From positions 1-31,713 of the forward strand of contig NW_021836785.1 in assembly GCF_006345805.1 (NCBI RefSeq): a stretch of 31,713 nt of DNA. Reading direction: 5' to 3'. Origin of the DNA: Octopus sinensis (taxonomy: Eukaryota). Within the stretch, counting starts at the first letter, position 1. Each line of letters starts with the position of its first letter. Below, in pieces: positions 1-10,449 of the stretch. The position numbers and the translations under genes were made by a program. The notes under the pieces were generated by a model that was not told the origin of the DNA, searched no databases, and saw only the letters and a program-made list of their open reading frames with translations.

Positions 1-334
1 GGACTCATAAAGGCATTACTGTAAGAGGCTCCTTTCGTCAGGAGGGAATGATTGATAAATAGCAGTCACGTCATACTGTTAAAAGTTTAAAGGTTGAATG
101 GGAGAAGAGGAAGAAAAGTAAAAGGCAGGGAGAAGGAGGATGCAGGCGGCCTGATGCGGTGGTTGAAGATGCAGAGGAAGAGCAAGAAACTATACGAACA
201 CAAGGCGGGGAGAGGGAGATGGAGAAGGAGAGAGAGCGTGGTGAGTAATCAGAGAATTGAATAGAAGTAGAAATGCGGAGCCGGAGAAGGGAGAGGAATG
301 GGTGGATTGAGTTAGTATTTTGAAAGAAGGTACC

Positions 335-570
335 TATTTCGTTATTACCCACAAGGGGCTACACACAGAGGGAACAAACAAGGACAGACATAGGTATTAA
401 GTCGATTACATCGACCCCAGTGCGTAACTGGAACTTAATTTATCGACCCCGAAAGGATGAAAGGCAAAGTCGACCTCGGCGGAATTTGAACTCACAACGT
501 AACGCAGACGAAATACCGCTAAGCATGTCACCCGGCGTGCTAACGTTTCTGCCAGCTCGCCGCCTTCAAT
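335..570 (-). mobile_element. tRNA-derived CORE-type SINE (octopus OR2-like), near full length, TSD-flanked
   Basis: Minus strand reads aaggcggcgagctggcagaaacgttagc (A-box-like), gagttcaaattcc (B box), then CORE-like gaggtcgactttgcctttcatcctttcggggtcgataaattaag. 17-bp TSD ttttgaaagaaggtacc at 318-334 and 571-587. Paralogous copies at 4964 and 29918. Confidence 0.9.
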
Positions 571-878
571 TTTTGAAAGAAGGTACCGTTTAGTATGTTG
601 TTAGGTAGATGTTTATTTATCAGGGATGGTTGAGGCTATGGCAAACTAGAGGAAGGGACAATGAATGAAGTAGAGAATGGAGGTGACGGAGGAGGAGAGC
701 TGTTGTGATAGGTAGATAGTACGAGAAAAGAGAGGGGCGGATTTTGTAGCAGTAAGGGATGGGATCTAGTTATAAATGAAGCCAGGACGGCGAAGGGGAA
801 TTCGAAGAATAAGGGTGGGGGGTAGCGGCACAGGACGTTGTGCTGAGGTGAGGGGAAAGGCACAATATGAGTAGACGC

Positions 879-911
879 ATATATATATATATATATATTA
901 ATATATATATT

Positions 912-956
<45 letters not shown>

Positions 957-1000
957 TATATACATATATATATCTATATTATATACATATATATAATATA
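879..1000. repeat. (AT)n microsatellite
   Basis: Direct inspection. Confidence 0.95.
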
Positions 1001-1061
1001 TAAATCCTTAAATCTTTAAAATGTTTCAGCCCGAAAGCTGCGGCCATGCTGGGGCACCACC
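1001..1061 (-). mobile_element. Isolated 3' tail of SINE/LINE family (ggtgccccagcatggccgcag-hairpin-gaaac)
   Basis: Same motif as the 3' end of the SINE at 25683-26052 and the short copies at 14765, 15672 and 29478. Confidence 0.7.
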
Positions 1062-1094
1062 ATGCATATATATATTCATGTATAAAATAAAAAT

Positions 1095-1534
1095 CCAATT
1101 TGCAAGACCTAGATATGTTTCTTGACTAACTGAAGCTCTTGGTATAAGAGCTATACAATGAGTTATGCTTAACGTAGCTCAACTTGCTCTTTCAACGATA
1201 CTCATGGCGACCTGAAGGCATCTGGCAGAGGGCCCAGATCTTCCTCAACAAGGGTGCTGTTGATTCATTTCCTTTGCTGGTGAATTTTCGACTCTGTTGA
1301 CTGTGGCAAGAGGAATCCCATTGTTTCCTGCCAACCTATGCTAAGTCCACCTTCATATTGATTCCCAATACGCCCTCTTTGAAAACCCGAAAACTCTTTC
1401 GCTTATGCTGTTCATGGCAAGGATGGCTGCCATAAGCAATTAATATACTGAAAGGAAAAATAAGTTTGAAGCACCAGGCAGAGTCTGCACAGATAAAACA
1501 GAATAATGAGGGGTGACTATTTACTTTTGAGATG
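1095..1534 (-). pseudogene. Tc1-family transposase 5' remnant (N-terminal HTH DNA-binding region) with probable left terminus
   Basis: Manual minus-strand translation across frameshifts gives AKEFSGFQRGRIGNQYEGGLS / GIPLATVNRV / KFTSKGNESTAP / GRSGPSARCLQV, resembling the Tc1 N-terminus (KELSDFQRGRI...GIPLSTVNRV...GRPGP). Putative terminal sequence caaaagtaaatagtcacccc near 1510-1530. Stops and frameshifts present. Confidence 0.7.
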
Positions 1535-1587
1535 TCGTTGTGTGTGTGCACGCGCGCGTAGTGCGTGTACGTGCATGTGTGTGTGTG

Positions 1588-1636
<49 letters not shown>

Positions 1637-1639
1637 TAT

Positions 1640-2011
1640 ATATATAAACGGCAGTTTGTCTGTGCGTTTTCTGTGTGTCTGTTGCTTGTACCTTCACCCT
1701 GACCACGGCTTTCAACCGATTCTGATGAAACTTGACACACACATAGCCCAATGTCATAATTTAAAACTAACGCACCGAAAATTTTGAAAAGTTCCCCCAG
1801 TTCTGAAAAAAATCGATAAATTCGACTTTGGATCGAGAATCAGAAACACAAACCGCAAACTGTCTAGGGGACGCAACTCCACCTTTTTTAACTAAAGAAA
1901 AAATTTACCATCGTTTTTTCCATTTTTTTGCTATTTTTGGCTATAACTCTCTAAAAATACTTTATAGTTATTTCCCTTACAAACCTGAGCAACGCCGGGC
2001 GATACTGCTAG
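1640..2011 (+). mobile_element. Non-autonomous Helitron-like element (~370 bp) inside an (AT)n tract
   Basis: 3' end has hairpin cctgagcaacgccggg (1984-1999) followed by CTAG (2008-2011) then T. 5' end tatataaacggcagtttgtctgt merges into (AT)n. Internal aaccgattctgatgaaacttg motif typical of small animal Helitron derivatives. No TSD, as expected for Helitrons. Confidence 0.7.
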
Positions 2012-2051
2012 TATATAATATATATATATATAATATATAATATATATATAT

Positions 2052-2083
<32 letters not shown>

Positions 2084-2899
2084 CTATGCATGTATATGTA
2101 TGTGTCTGTATGTGCGTTGGTGTAGGTATGTGTGTATGCATATTTTTTAATCGCCCGTCAGTCCTTCCGATATACTTGTATATTTTCTTATGTACATTAT
2201 TTTGTTAACGCTTTCGAATCAAGCTTTGGTATTGCAAACGTGGTCAAGCAGTCTTGGTTACACAATACCACTCAATGAATAATACTGCAATTTTAATTTC
2301 TCTATAAAGCGAGCGAGAATACCATTGTCCAATGTGCCTTAATTGCCTCCCATTCAAACAGCAGTTGTCACCAAACTAGCCAATAAAATGGACCTCAGTG
2401 ACAATCCAATGTCAATAACCATTATTTAGAAGCTATGATCGTCTCATCACTCAGAATTAAGTGTCCGAACGATCGATCACTTGCGTGCTTATTTTTCATG
2501 TCGAAGCATCAAGTAATGCATTTCTGAGTCAAGCTTTTACTAAAAAGTAACATTGTGAGTGTACATGCGTATAAGTGTGAGCGTACATGTGTGGGAAAAT
2601 ACATGGTTGGATGTATAAATGCAAGTGTATAGAGTGACATACAAGTAATGTGAGTAAAGATACAATTTTCGACCTCACTCTTTAGTGCTGCATAATCATC
2701 TTGTGTTGTGTGTATATGTCTAAGTTATAAATAAACATGTATATATGCATGGGTGGGTGTATGCTCGTATATGTTTAAAAGAGCAGAACATAAATTTATG
2801 TATACGTATACATATAGGCATCTTTCCACATATATACATATATATACATATGTATATATACACACACTACGCACACGCATATTTTACACATATATTTGT

Positions 2900-2973
2900 A
2901 TATATGTATATATACATATATATATGTTTATATTTGTGTGCATATAACATACACATACGCACATAGACATATA

Positions 2974-3012
<39 letters not shown>

Positions 3013-3200
3013 GTATATATATATCTATGTATTGTGAATGTATATGTATATCTACACGCATAAATATAAACATATATATGTATATATACATATATATATG
3101 TTTATATTTATGTGTGTATATATACATACACATACGCACATAGACATATATATATATATATATATATATTATGTATATATATATCAATGTATGTGTGAAT
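2900..3200. repeat. Imperfect tandem duplication (~170 bp period) of AT/AC-rich sequence
   Basis: Block atatatgtttatattt...catacacatacgcacatagacatata...ttatgtatatatatatc(t/a)atgtat...gtgaat occurs at ~2900-3039 and ~3074-3200. Confidence 0.8.
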
Positions 3201-3753
3201 ATGTGCACTCGTGCGTGCGCATGTGTGCACGTTACTGTGTGTCTAATATTAAAGATAGTTTACAAACGCCTGTAGCTATTCAGCACCATCACGTGCAGTG
3301 TACATATGTACGGATATATATACGTATATATATACCAATGTATATAAACATCACCCATTATAAGAACAAAAAAAAACACTCTAAACTTGTAAAAAATCTT
3401 ACCGTTTTAGCGTTAAATAAATGGCAAACAATTTTCTACGTTATAATTTGGTGCGTAAGCTCACGTGATTAGGATTTTGAGATTTTCAAAAACCATGTTT
3501 TACGGGAGGGAGGGGGGGTGTTTTTGTTATTTTTTTTTGTTACTTCTTATATAACATGATTTTTTTTTAATTACTTTTACTTTCGTTTTCTCGCTTCACA
3601 TTTTATCTTTTTTGTTTTCTGTTTTTTTTCTTTTTTTTTCTTCTTTCAATGCAAATTATTTTTTTTCTCTCCTAAAGGTTTATATATTTTTTTTTCCAAT
3701 ATTCTTCCTCACCTGTTGGTTTCTTCTTAAGTTTGCTGCTATTTTTGTTGTAG

Positions 3754-3832
3754 ATGTTGTTGTTGTTGCTGTTGTTGTTGTTGTTGTTGTTGTGGTGGTT
3801 GCTGTTGTTGTTGTTGTGGTTGTTGTTGTTGC

Positions 3833-3869
<37 letters not shown>

Positions 3870-4060
3870 CATGTTGCTGCTGCTGCTGCTGTTCTTGTTG
3901 TTGTTGTTTTTGTTGTTGATGTTATTGCTGCTGCTGTTGTTTGTGTTGTTGTTGTTGATGATGATGCTGTTGTTGTTGTTGCTGCTGCTGCTGCTGCTGT
4001 TGATGTTGTTGTTGTTGTTTTGTTGCTGTTGCTGCTGCTGATGCTGTTGTTCTTGCTGAC
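3754..4060. repeat. (GTT)n/(GCT)n compound trinucleotide repeat
   Basis: Direct inspection; source of the poly-V/L/N/T ORFs. Confidence 0.95.
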
Positions 4061-4255
4061 GTTGTTCTCGTTCTCGTCCTCGGTTTTGTTGTCGTTGCTG
4101 TTGTTATTGGTGCCGTTATTGTGTCTTCTTTGATCCATGAGAGAGGATGAAGGCAGACTCCATCGAATGCTAAAGAAATGTTGTCAAACGGAGTTTAGTT
4201 TCTTTCCTTAACATTCCTCATTCAAAGTCCAGCATGAGATCAACATTGGAGGAGG

Positions 4256-4355
4256 GGGGTCGATGAAATAAAGTACCGGATAGGTGCTAGGGTCAATTTA
4301 ATCAACTAACTGACCCCTCGCAAAAAAACTATTTGTTCTCTTGTGCCTGTTAATC
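4256..4355 (+). mobile_element. Degenerate CORE-SINE 3' half
   Basis: ggggtcgatgaaataaagtaccgg...gggtcaatttaatcaac aligns by eye to the core and tail of the copies at 4755-4950 and 5197-5360. Confidence 0.55.
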
Positions 4356-4384
4356 ATCATCATCAGCAACTTCGTCATCATCTA

Positions 4385-4489
4385 TTTCCTTATTGCCCAC
4401 AGGGGACTAAACATAGAGGGGACAAACAAGGACACACAAGGAGATTAAATTGATTACATCAACTGGTAACTGGTAACGATTCTACCAGC

Positions 4490-4490
<1 letters not shown>
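4385..4490 (-). mobile_element. Internally deleted CORE-SINE (head joined to tail)
   Basis: Minus strand: agctggtagaatcgtta (head) joined directly to ccagtt...gatgtaatc...gtccttgtttgtcccctctatgtttagtcccctgtgggcaataaggaaatag (tail shared with 335-570). Confidence 0.75.
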
Positions 4491-4543
<53 letters not shown>

Positions 4544-4579
4544 GTAGTAGTGGTAGTGGTGGTGGTGGTGGTGGTGGTG

Positions 4580-4638
<59 letters not shown>

Positions 4639-4645
4639 AGTAGTT

Positions 4646-4680
<35 letters not shown>

Positions 4681-4708
4681 GGTGGTGGTGGTGGTGGTGG
4701 TGGTAGTG

Positions 4709-4754
<46 letters not shown>
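4491..4754. repeat. (TAG)n/(TGG)n compound trinucleotide repeat between two divergent SINE heads
   Basis: Direct inspection. Confidence 0.95.
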
Positions 4755-4950
4755 AATCGTTGGCACGCCGGGCAAAATACTTAGCGACATTTCGTCTGTC
4801 TTTATGTTCTGAGTTCAAATACCGCCGACTTTGCCTTTCATCCTTTCGGGGCCGATAAACTAAGTGTGTGCTGAGTACTGGGGTCGAGGTAATGGACTTA
4901 ACCTAAAATTTCAGGCCTTGTACCTTTAGTAGAAAGGATTATTATTACTA
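4755..4950 (+). mobile_element. CORE-SINE, second tail type (aaaatttcaggccttgtacc...agtagaaaggattattatt)
   Basis: Same head, B box (gagttcaaatacc) and core as 335-570 but different 3' region ending in (ATT)n. Confidence 0.85.
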
Positions 4951-4963
4951 TTATCATTAGTGT

Positions 4964-5360
4964 GAGGTCGCGAGCTGGCAGAACCGTTAGCACGCCGGGC
5001 GAAATGCTTAGCGGTATTTCGTCTGCCGCTACGTTCTGAGTTCAAATTCCGCAGAGGTCAACTTTGCTTTTCATCCTTTCAGGGTCGATAAATTAAGTAC
5101 GAGTTACGCACTGGGGTCGATGTAATCGACTTAATACCTATGTCTGTCCTTGTTTGTCTCCTCTATGTTTAGCCCCTTGTGGGTAGTAAAGAAATAGGTA
5201 TTTCGTATGTCTTCACGTTCTGAGTTCAAATTCCGCGGAAGTTGACTTTGCCTTTCATTCTTTCGGGGTCGGTTAAATAAGTATTGAGCACCGGGGTCGA
5301 TGTAATCGGTTATTCCCTCCCACCAAGATTTCAGGCCTTGTACCAATAGTAGAAAGCATT
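4964..5360 (+). mobile_element. Tandem/chimeric CORE-SINE dimer (tail type 1 followed by headless tail type 2)
   Basis: One head, two B boxes and two cores; ggtatttcgt repeated at 5013-5022 and 5197-5206. Confidence 0.85.
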
Positions 5361-5370
5361 ATTATTATTA

Positions 5371-5404
<34 letters not shown>

Positions 5405-5657
5405 TTATTTTTATTATTATTATTATTTTTTTATTATTATTATTATTATTATTAATATTATTATATTATAATATTATTATTATTATTATTATCATTATTT
5501 TATTTTTTATTTTTTATAATTATTATTATTATTATTATTATATTATTATTATTATTATTATTATATTTTATTTTTATTATTATTATCATAATTTTTTATT
5601 TATTCTATTATTATTATTATATTATTATATTATTATTATTATTATTATTATTATCAT
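5361..5657. repeat. (TTA)n tract grown from SINE tail
   Basis: Direct inspection; contiguous with the SINE 3' end. Confidence 0.9.
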
Positions 5658-6000
5658 TAAGAGGGTGAGTTGGCAGTGTTAATGGTTATGGTATGAATGA
5701 TGGTGGTGTTAATGGCGATGGTGATAGTAGTAGTACTAATAGTAACGGAGTAGCAATGGGGTCGGCGTTAGTAGAATGATGGTGAGGATGATGTGGAGAA
5801 AGGGGTTTTTGTAGTGGGGCTGTGATGCTGGTGCTTGTGTTGGTGATGATGGATGTGATGCTGCCCATGTTTAACCGATAAGGTTATCGATTCAGCCAAT
5901 CTTTTCCACTCTCTCTCTTCTCTCACCCTCACTGGGTCTATCTATCTCGCTTTCCTTTCCTTTATATCTATCTAGCAATATACCTCTCTTTCTCTCACCG

Positions 6001-6004
6001 TCTG

Positions 6005-6080
<76 letters not shown>

Positions 6081-6168
6081 ATGTATCTTTTTCTCTCTCT
6101 GTGTATCTTTATTTCTATCTCTTTTCCTCTTTCTGTCAATAACCTCGCTTCTCTCTCTCCTCTCCTCT

Positions 6169-6215
<47 letters not shown>
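6001..6215. repeat. (TCTA)n and (CT)n microsatellites
   Basis: Direct inspection. Confidence 0.95.
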
Positions 6216-6218
<3 letters not shown>

Positions 6219-6907
6219 CCTAATGAAAATGCCATTACACGATGTTAAAAGGAAGAAATATTGGTAAAATATCCTCTCTTCTGTTTGTGCCACTTTTCAT
6301 TTCATATTGGCAATATACCAATATGCTAATCATCCTGATAATTCTAAGAAATTAGTCAAAAGTAAATTTTATATTCTATATTCCACATGAAAAATAGCTA
6401 AAAGATATGCTGAAATTTATGGCAAATCTTTAAGGAAGATAACCTTTTTTTAAAAAAAAATCTATAATCCGGAAAAAATGATAAAATAATGATTAATGGT
6501 GGTAAAGTAAAATTAAATCTAAAATTCATAAAAAAAAGACAATTTTGTGATATAATAAAAACCTGGGTTAAGCCTTTCTTTGAAGAATAAGAACAACGCG
6601 TGAGCTCTTTTCAGAAAGTTTATTGATTACACGTGATGTGAACATGGTGTTTGGTAGAAATATATGTAAAAGCAGACGCTCGTGGGTAGCCATCTTAAGA
6701 AGTCAGTCTGCTATAAAATGGCTTTATGTTGTCTGAACGAAAATTATCTATGAAAAATAATTCAGAAAGAAAGGTGACATGTACTTGAATGACAACGACA
6801 AACACAGATATATCAAATACCACACAACCTGAAATTTTGGGATTTATTAGAATTATCTCGATCTTTGAAGGATTTATCTTTAACTTTCTGCTACTGTTCA
6901 CGTTATG

Positions 6908-6957
6908 CAGGCATGGCTGAGCGATTAAGAAGTTTGCTTTCTAACCACATAGGAACC
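6908..6957 (+). mobile_element. 5' head fragment of tRNA-derived SINE (family of 31488)
   Basis: gcaggcatggctgagcgattaagaagtttgctttctaaccacatagg resembles gcaggagtggctgtgtggtaagtagcttgtttaccaaccacatgg at 31491. Confidence 0.5.
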
Positions 6958-7212
6958 AATATGCACACACACACTCACAAACAAACATGCTCATACACAC
7001 CACACACACACACACACACACAGGGCCGGTTTTAAGCCAATTAGGCAGATGTGTTCAAATTGGGCCCCACACGCAAATGCAAGAGGGGGATGCTGTGATG
7101 AATTTTCAGCATGTCATTGAGGCCAATAGTGGAGACATATCATTATTATCATCATCATTATCATCATCATCATCATTATTATATTATTATTATTATTATT
7201 ATTATTTTATAC

Positions 7213-7920
7213 AGTGGCATCTTCTCGGTTGTTCGGGTGAATAGTCACATGTCGGAGCCATTCATCATCTTGCGTTCGGTTCGTCAAGGGTGCCGTCTTT
7301 CCTCCCTTCTCTATGTACTGACTCTTGAGCCACAACTGCGGAAGTTGGAGGCTTTTTGGAGTGTCCCGCGTGATCTAGGATGTGGCAGAAATGTGTCTGC
7401 TTACGCTGATGATGTCACCGTCATAGTGTCGAACCACATACATATAGACCTGACTACCGAAACACTACAAGAATATGAAGCGGTGACAAGAGCTAAAATT
7501 AACGCGGAAAAGTCATTGGGCTTGCAATTCGGCACCTGGAGAGGCAAGCCCATGCCGTCCAACATCGTGGTGGGGCGCTAGACAGACGGTCCCGTTAAGT
7601 TGCTCGGAGTTTGGTTTGGTCCGGACTTCTAGGTGGAGAAGAACTGGAATGAGGTGACGAGCAGGGTGGCCAATCTCACCTAGAAATGAGCCGAGAGAAA
7701 GCTATCTCTGAAAGGTCGAGCCGGGGTGGCGAATGCGTATATCGCATCCTTCATTTATTACCGCTTGCCCTGTTTGCTGGTTGATCAAGCTGATGCGCTT
7801 ACTCTTCCGCTCTCTGTGGAAGGGGTGTGTTCCACTGGTCAGGCACTCCATCTGCTGTAACAGCCACAGAATGTAGGGCTGGGTATGCTGTGGCTGCTGA
7901 TGCGCAGACATGCGCTGACC
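7213..7920 (+). pseudogene. L1/Tx1-clade LINE reverse transcriptase fragment, decayed
   Basis: ORF 7111-7581 contains SVRQGCRLSSLLYVLTLEP and SAYADDVTVIV (YADD at 7402-7413), AKINAEKS; downstream reading continues KLLGVWFG, NWNEVTSRV, KLSLKGRAGVAN, GLGMLWLLMRRHAL with stops and frameshifts. Confidence 0.85.
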
Positions 7921-8144
7921 GTTCATTGTCGTGAGCTGACGACGGGTAAATACCCAGAAACCCGGGTCCGTGCGTATCACGTCAGGTCGACGATGGGGAG
8001 GATGGCTTCCTTTTGCAAATACTGATGGGGCGCAGAAAGTGTGTCAATATCCAGCTGGAGAAGATGTTCTCCTGGGGCTACAAACAACAGTAGCACCCAC
8101 CCTTAGTGGTTAGCCACATTTAAGTGGCCAATATATTCACGTTA

Positions 8145-8182
<38 letters not shown>

Positions 8183-8315
8183 TATATATATATAAAAAAG
8201 GGCAAAAGAAAAAAAAGATTTCTATGCCAATATGCTGAAAATAGATTTTAATCTTCAATCACCACATTACAATATACATTACCTTAATTAAATGATTGCC
8301 TTAATTAAATGAAGG

Positions 8316-8546
8316 TTAGATACATTGTTGCTTCGAAGAAATGCAAAGGTCGCCCAATACTTCTTCCATCTGTTTGAGGATTTCTTCAAATGAGTCCCCA
8401 TGACTGGGTGCCTCTTGTGTGCGATATGTAGCACATATTATCATTTTCATCTATTTAATGTTTACCGCCAGAGTACCACAGACTGAATTTGAGCATCACT
8501 GCAGGATTACAAGCGTGACATCTTACCGGATGTACATTACAACTCC
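8316..8546 (-). pseudogene. CR1-like LINE apurinic endonuclease (APE) domain fragment
   Basis: One minus frame reads GVVMYIR*DVTLVILQ*CSNSVCGTLAVNIK*MKMIICATYRTQEAPSHGDSFEEILKQMEEVLGDL, matching the GGVxxY...hhhxxYRPP pattern of LINE APE domains; not in the ORF track because of in-frame stops. Confidence 0.6.
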
Positions 8547-9049
8547 ATATATAGTTATACATTTTATAACTTAAATCATATTTAGTAACGACATTAAATT
8601 CGACAACCGCTTGGTATTCCACAAGTTTTAGTATTCATAATATTTTTAAAGTAATAATAATGATTAAAAAAATTCGCTGAAAAGCCATGAAACACGTTCT
8701 CGTGTTAATTCAATGAAGATAACAATGGGAAATATCATGGAACCACTGTTTACTTAACAAAAGACCGTCGCAAAAATGGAAGAAAAAAAAACAGCCAGTA
8801 ATTAAATAATCAAAGAAAACAACTTGTAGTAATGCAATGTTGTTCTAAGAAGTGGAGATGCTTGTGGTGGACGTCGTTGTTGTTGTCAAGTGTTGTCGTC
8901 GTTGTGAGGTGTCGTCGTCGTGGTTGTGTGGTTGTGGTGGCTCTTCGACATTTGACGGGGGGGGGGAGAATTTCGTTTTCCGCTAAGCTGAATTTCAGAA
9001 AGGAAAAACCTTTTTTTTTATTTCAGCAAAATTATTATTACAATTCGTG

Positions 9050-9188
9050 GTGGTGGTGGTAGCGGTGGTGGTTGGTGGTGGTGGCGGCGGCGGCGGTGGT
9101 GGTGGGTGGTGGGGTGGTGGTGGTGGTGGTGGTGGTGGTGCTGCTGCTGCTGCTGCTGCTGCTGCCGCCGCTGCCGCTGCCGCTGCTG
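9050..9188. repeat. (GGT)n/(GCT)n/(GCC)n compound repeat
   Basis: Direct inspection. Confidence 0.95.
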
Positions 9189-9189
9189 G

Positions 9190-9560
9190 TTGTTGAGCGA
9201 ACGGTCTTCGTCCCAGAGCTCGCAAGATGGGAGAAGTCCGAAACGTGGTCCTTTGCTATTCGTAAGACCCGCAGAAGAGAAAGCAGGTCAACCCCCGACA
9301 CCGAGAGCATCGACGGATGGATGAATGCGCATCCAGGCTCAGCGGTTGCGTAGGAAGTCGGGGACAAGAAACAGGAAGAAAGAGTGAGAGAAAGTTGGGG
9401 CGAAAGAGTACAACAGGGGTCGCCACCACCCCCTGCCGGAGCATCGTGGAGCTTTAGGTGTTTTTGCTCAATAAGCACACACAACGCCCGGTCTGGGAAT
9501 CGAAACCGCGATCCTCCGACCGCGAGTCCGCTGCCCTAACCATTGGGTCATTGCACCTCC
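9190..9560 (-). mobile_element. tRNA-derived SINE, head type H1 with tail type T1
   Basis: Minus strand ggaggtgcaatgacccaatggttagggcagcggactcgcggtcggaggatcgcggtttcgattcccagacc (A and B boxes); 9364-9560 aligns with 29110-29290, but 9190-9363 does not. Confidence 0.85.
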
Positions 9561-9837
9561 ACTGCTGCTGCTGCTGTTGTTGTTGTTGTTGTTGTTGTTA
9601 AGCAACAAGACGGGTAAGGGTGATTAGGTGATGGTCTAGAACTTAGGGGTGGGAGACCCCAGACCTTGGAAAAAAAGAAAAAAAATTTGGTCGCCTTGTT
9701 GTAGTCGAGGGCTCTTCGTTGACGTCCGACACCACTGGGAGGTGGCCCTCGAAGTCGCTGGAAATGGAGATCTCCAGGTTCAAATTTTGGTGCTGGTGGT
9801 GGTGGTAGTGCTGGTGCTGCTGGTGTGAACAGTGCCT

Positions 9838-10140
9838 GTGGAGGAGGAGGACGAGGAGGACGAGGAGGACGAGGAGGAGGACGAGAAGGTGGAGGACGGG
9901 GAGGAGGAGGAGGACGTCGACGACGACGACGATGAGGGGGGGATGAGGAGAACGAGAAGAACGAGGAGGAGGAGAAGGTCGAGGACGAAGAGACGGATGA
10001 GGACGAGGAGAAGGAGGAGGACGGGGAGGGGGAGGAGGGGGAGGACGAGGACGAGGACGAGGACGAGGAGGACGACGAGGAGGAGGAGGACGAGGAGAAG
10101 GAGGAGGACGACGACGACGAGAAGGAGGCGGAGGAGATTA
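9838..10140. repeat. Purine-rich (GAG/GAC/ACGAGG)n low-complexity tract
   Basis: Direct inspection. Confidence 0.9.
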
Positions 10141-10449
10141 AGGTAGTGGTGATAGCAGTAGTAATGTTGGTGTTGGCGATGGTATTGCGTCTCTTCGTCA
10201 AATTACGACAGAGGTTTCGGTTTATTCCATCAACTGATTTATCCGCTCATTGAAAATAACGATATCGACAGCGAATAAACCACGAACGTGTGTTCTCTTA
10301 ATATCATTACAAGGTAAAAATCAATATGGCACAGTGTACGACAACGCTGTACGGTTGCAAAATCCGGAAAAGTACACACGACAGTGTGAACCAAAGCCTA
10401 AAAGAAATAACATTTACCCACCAATATAACACGAAATCGAAACACTCAC

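Noticed and set aside
1-878. Possible decayed Penelope RT on minus (SFITRSHP, SFLVLS, LLRLRIS) interrupted by the SINE at 335-570
   Set aside because: Only short, low-complexity resemblances; needs tblastn/HMM against Penelope RT to accept.
3504-3518. G-quadruplex motif gggagggaggggggg
   Set aside because: The motif is real, but it is isolated with no associated structure; common by chance in such DNA.
7021-7070. cagggccggttttaagcc...gggcccc as a hAT-type MITE terminus
   Set aside because: No matching opposite TIR or 8-bp TSD found in the window.
9480-9560. tRNA genes (also at 29210-29290, 24470-24548, 18748-18810, 31488-31560)
   Set aside because: A and B boxes are present but acceptor stems are incomplete and each continues into a SINE body; treated as SINE heads.
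9700-9730. RQRR-ALD resembling the TGF-beta furin site RHRR-ALD
   Set aside because: No following cysteine pattern or plausible splice donor; several other frames are equally open; most likely coincidence.
9832-10146. Acidic/Arg-rich ORF resembling a nucleolar or protamine-like protein
   Set aside because: Explained by (GAG/GAC/ACGAGG)n low-complexity DNA.
10225-10320. Candidate exon ending at AAG|GTAAAA
   Set aside because: All three frames contain stops; a splice-like motif alone is not evidence.
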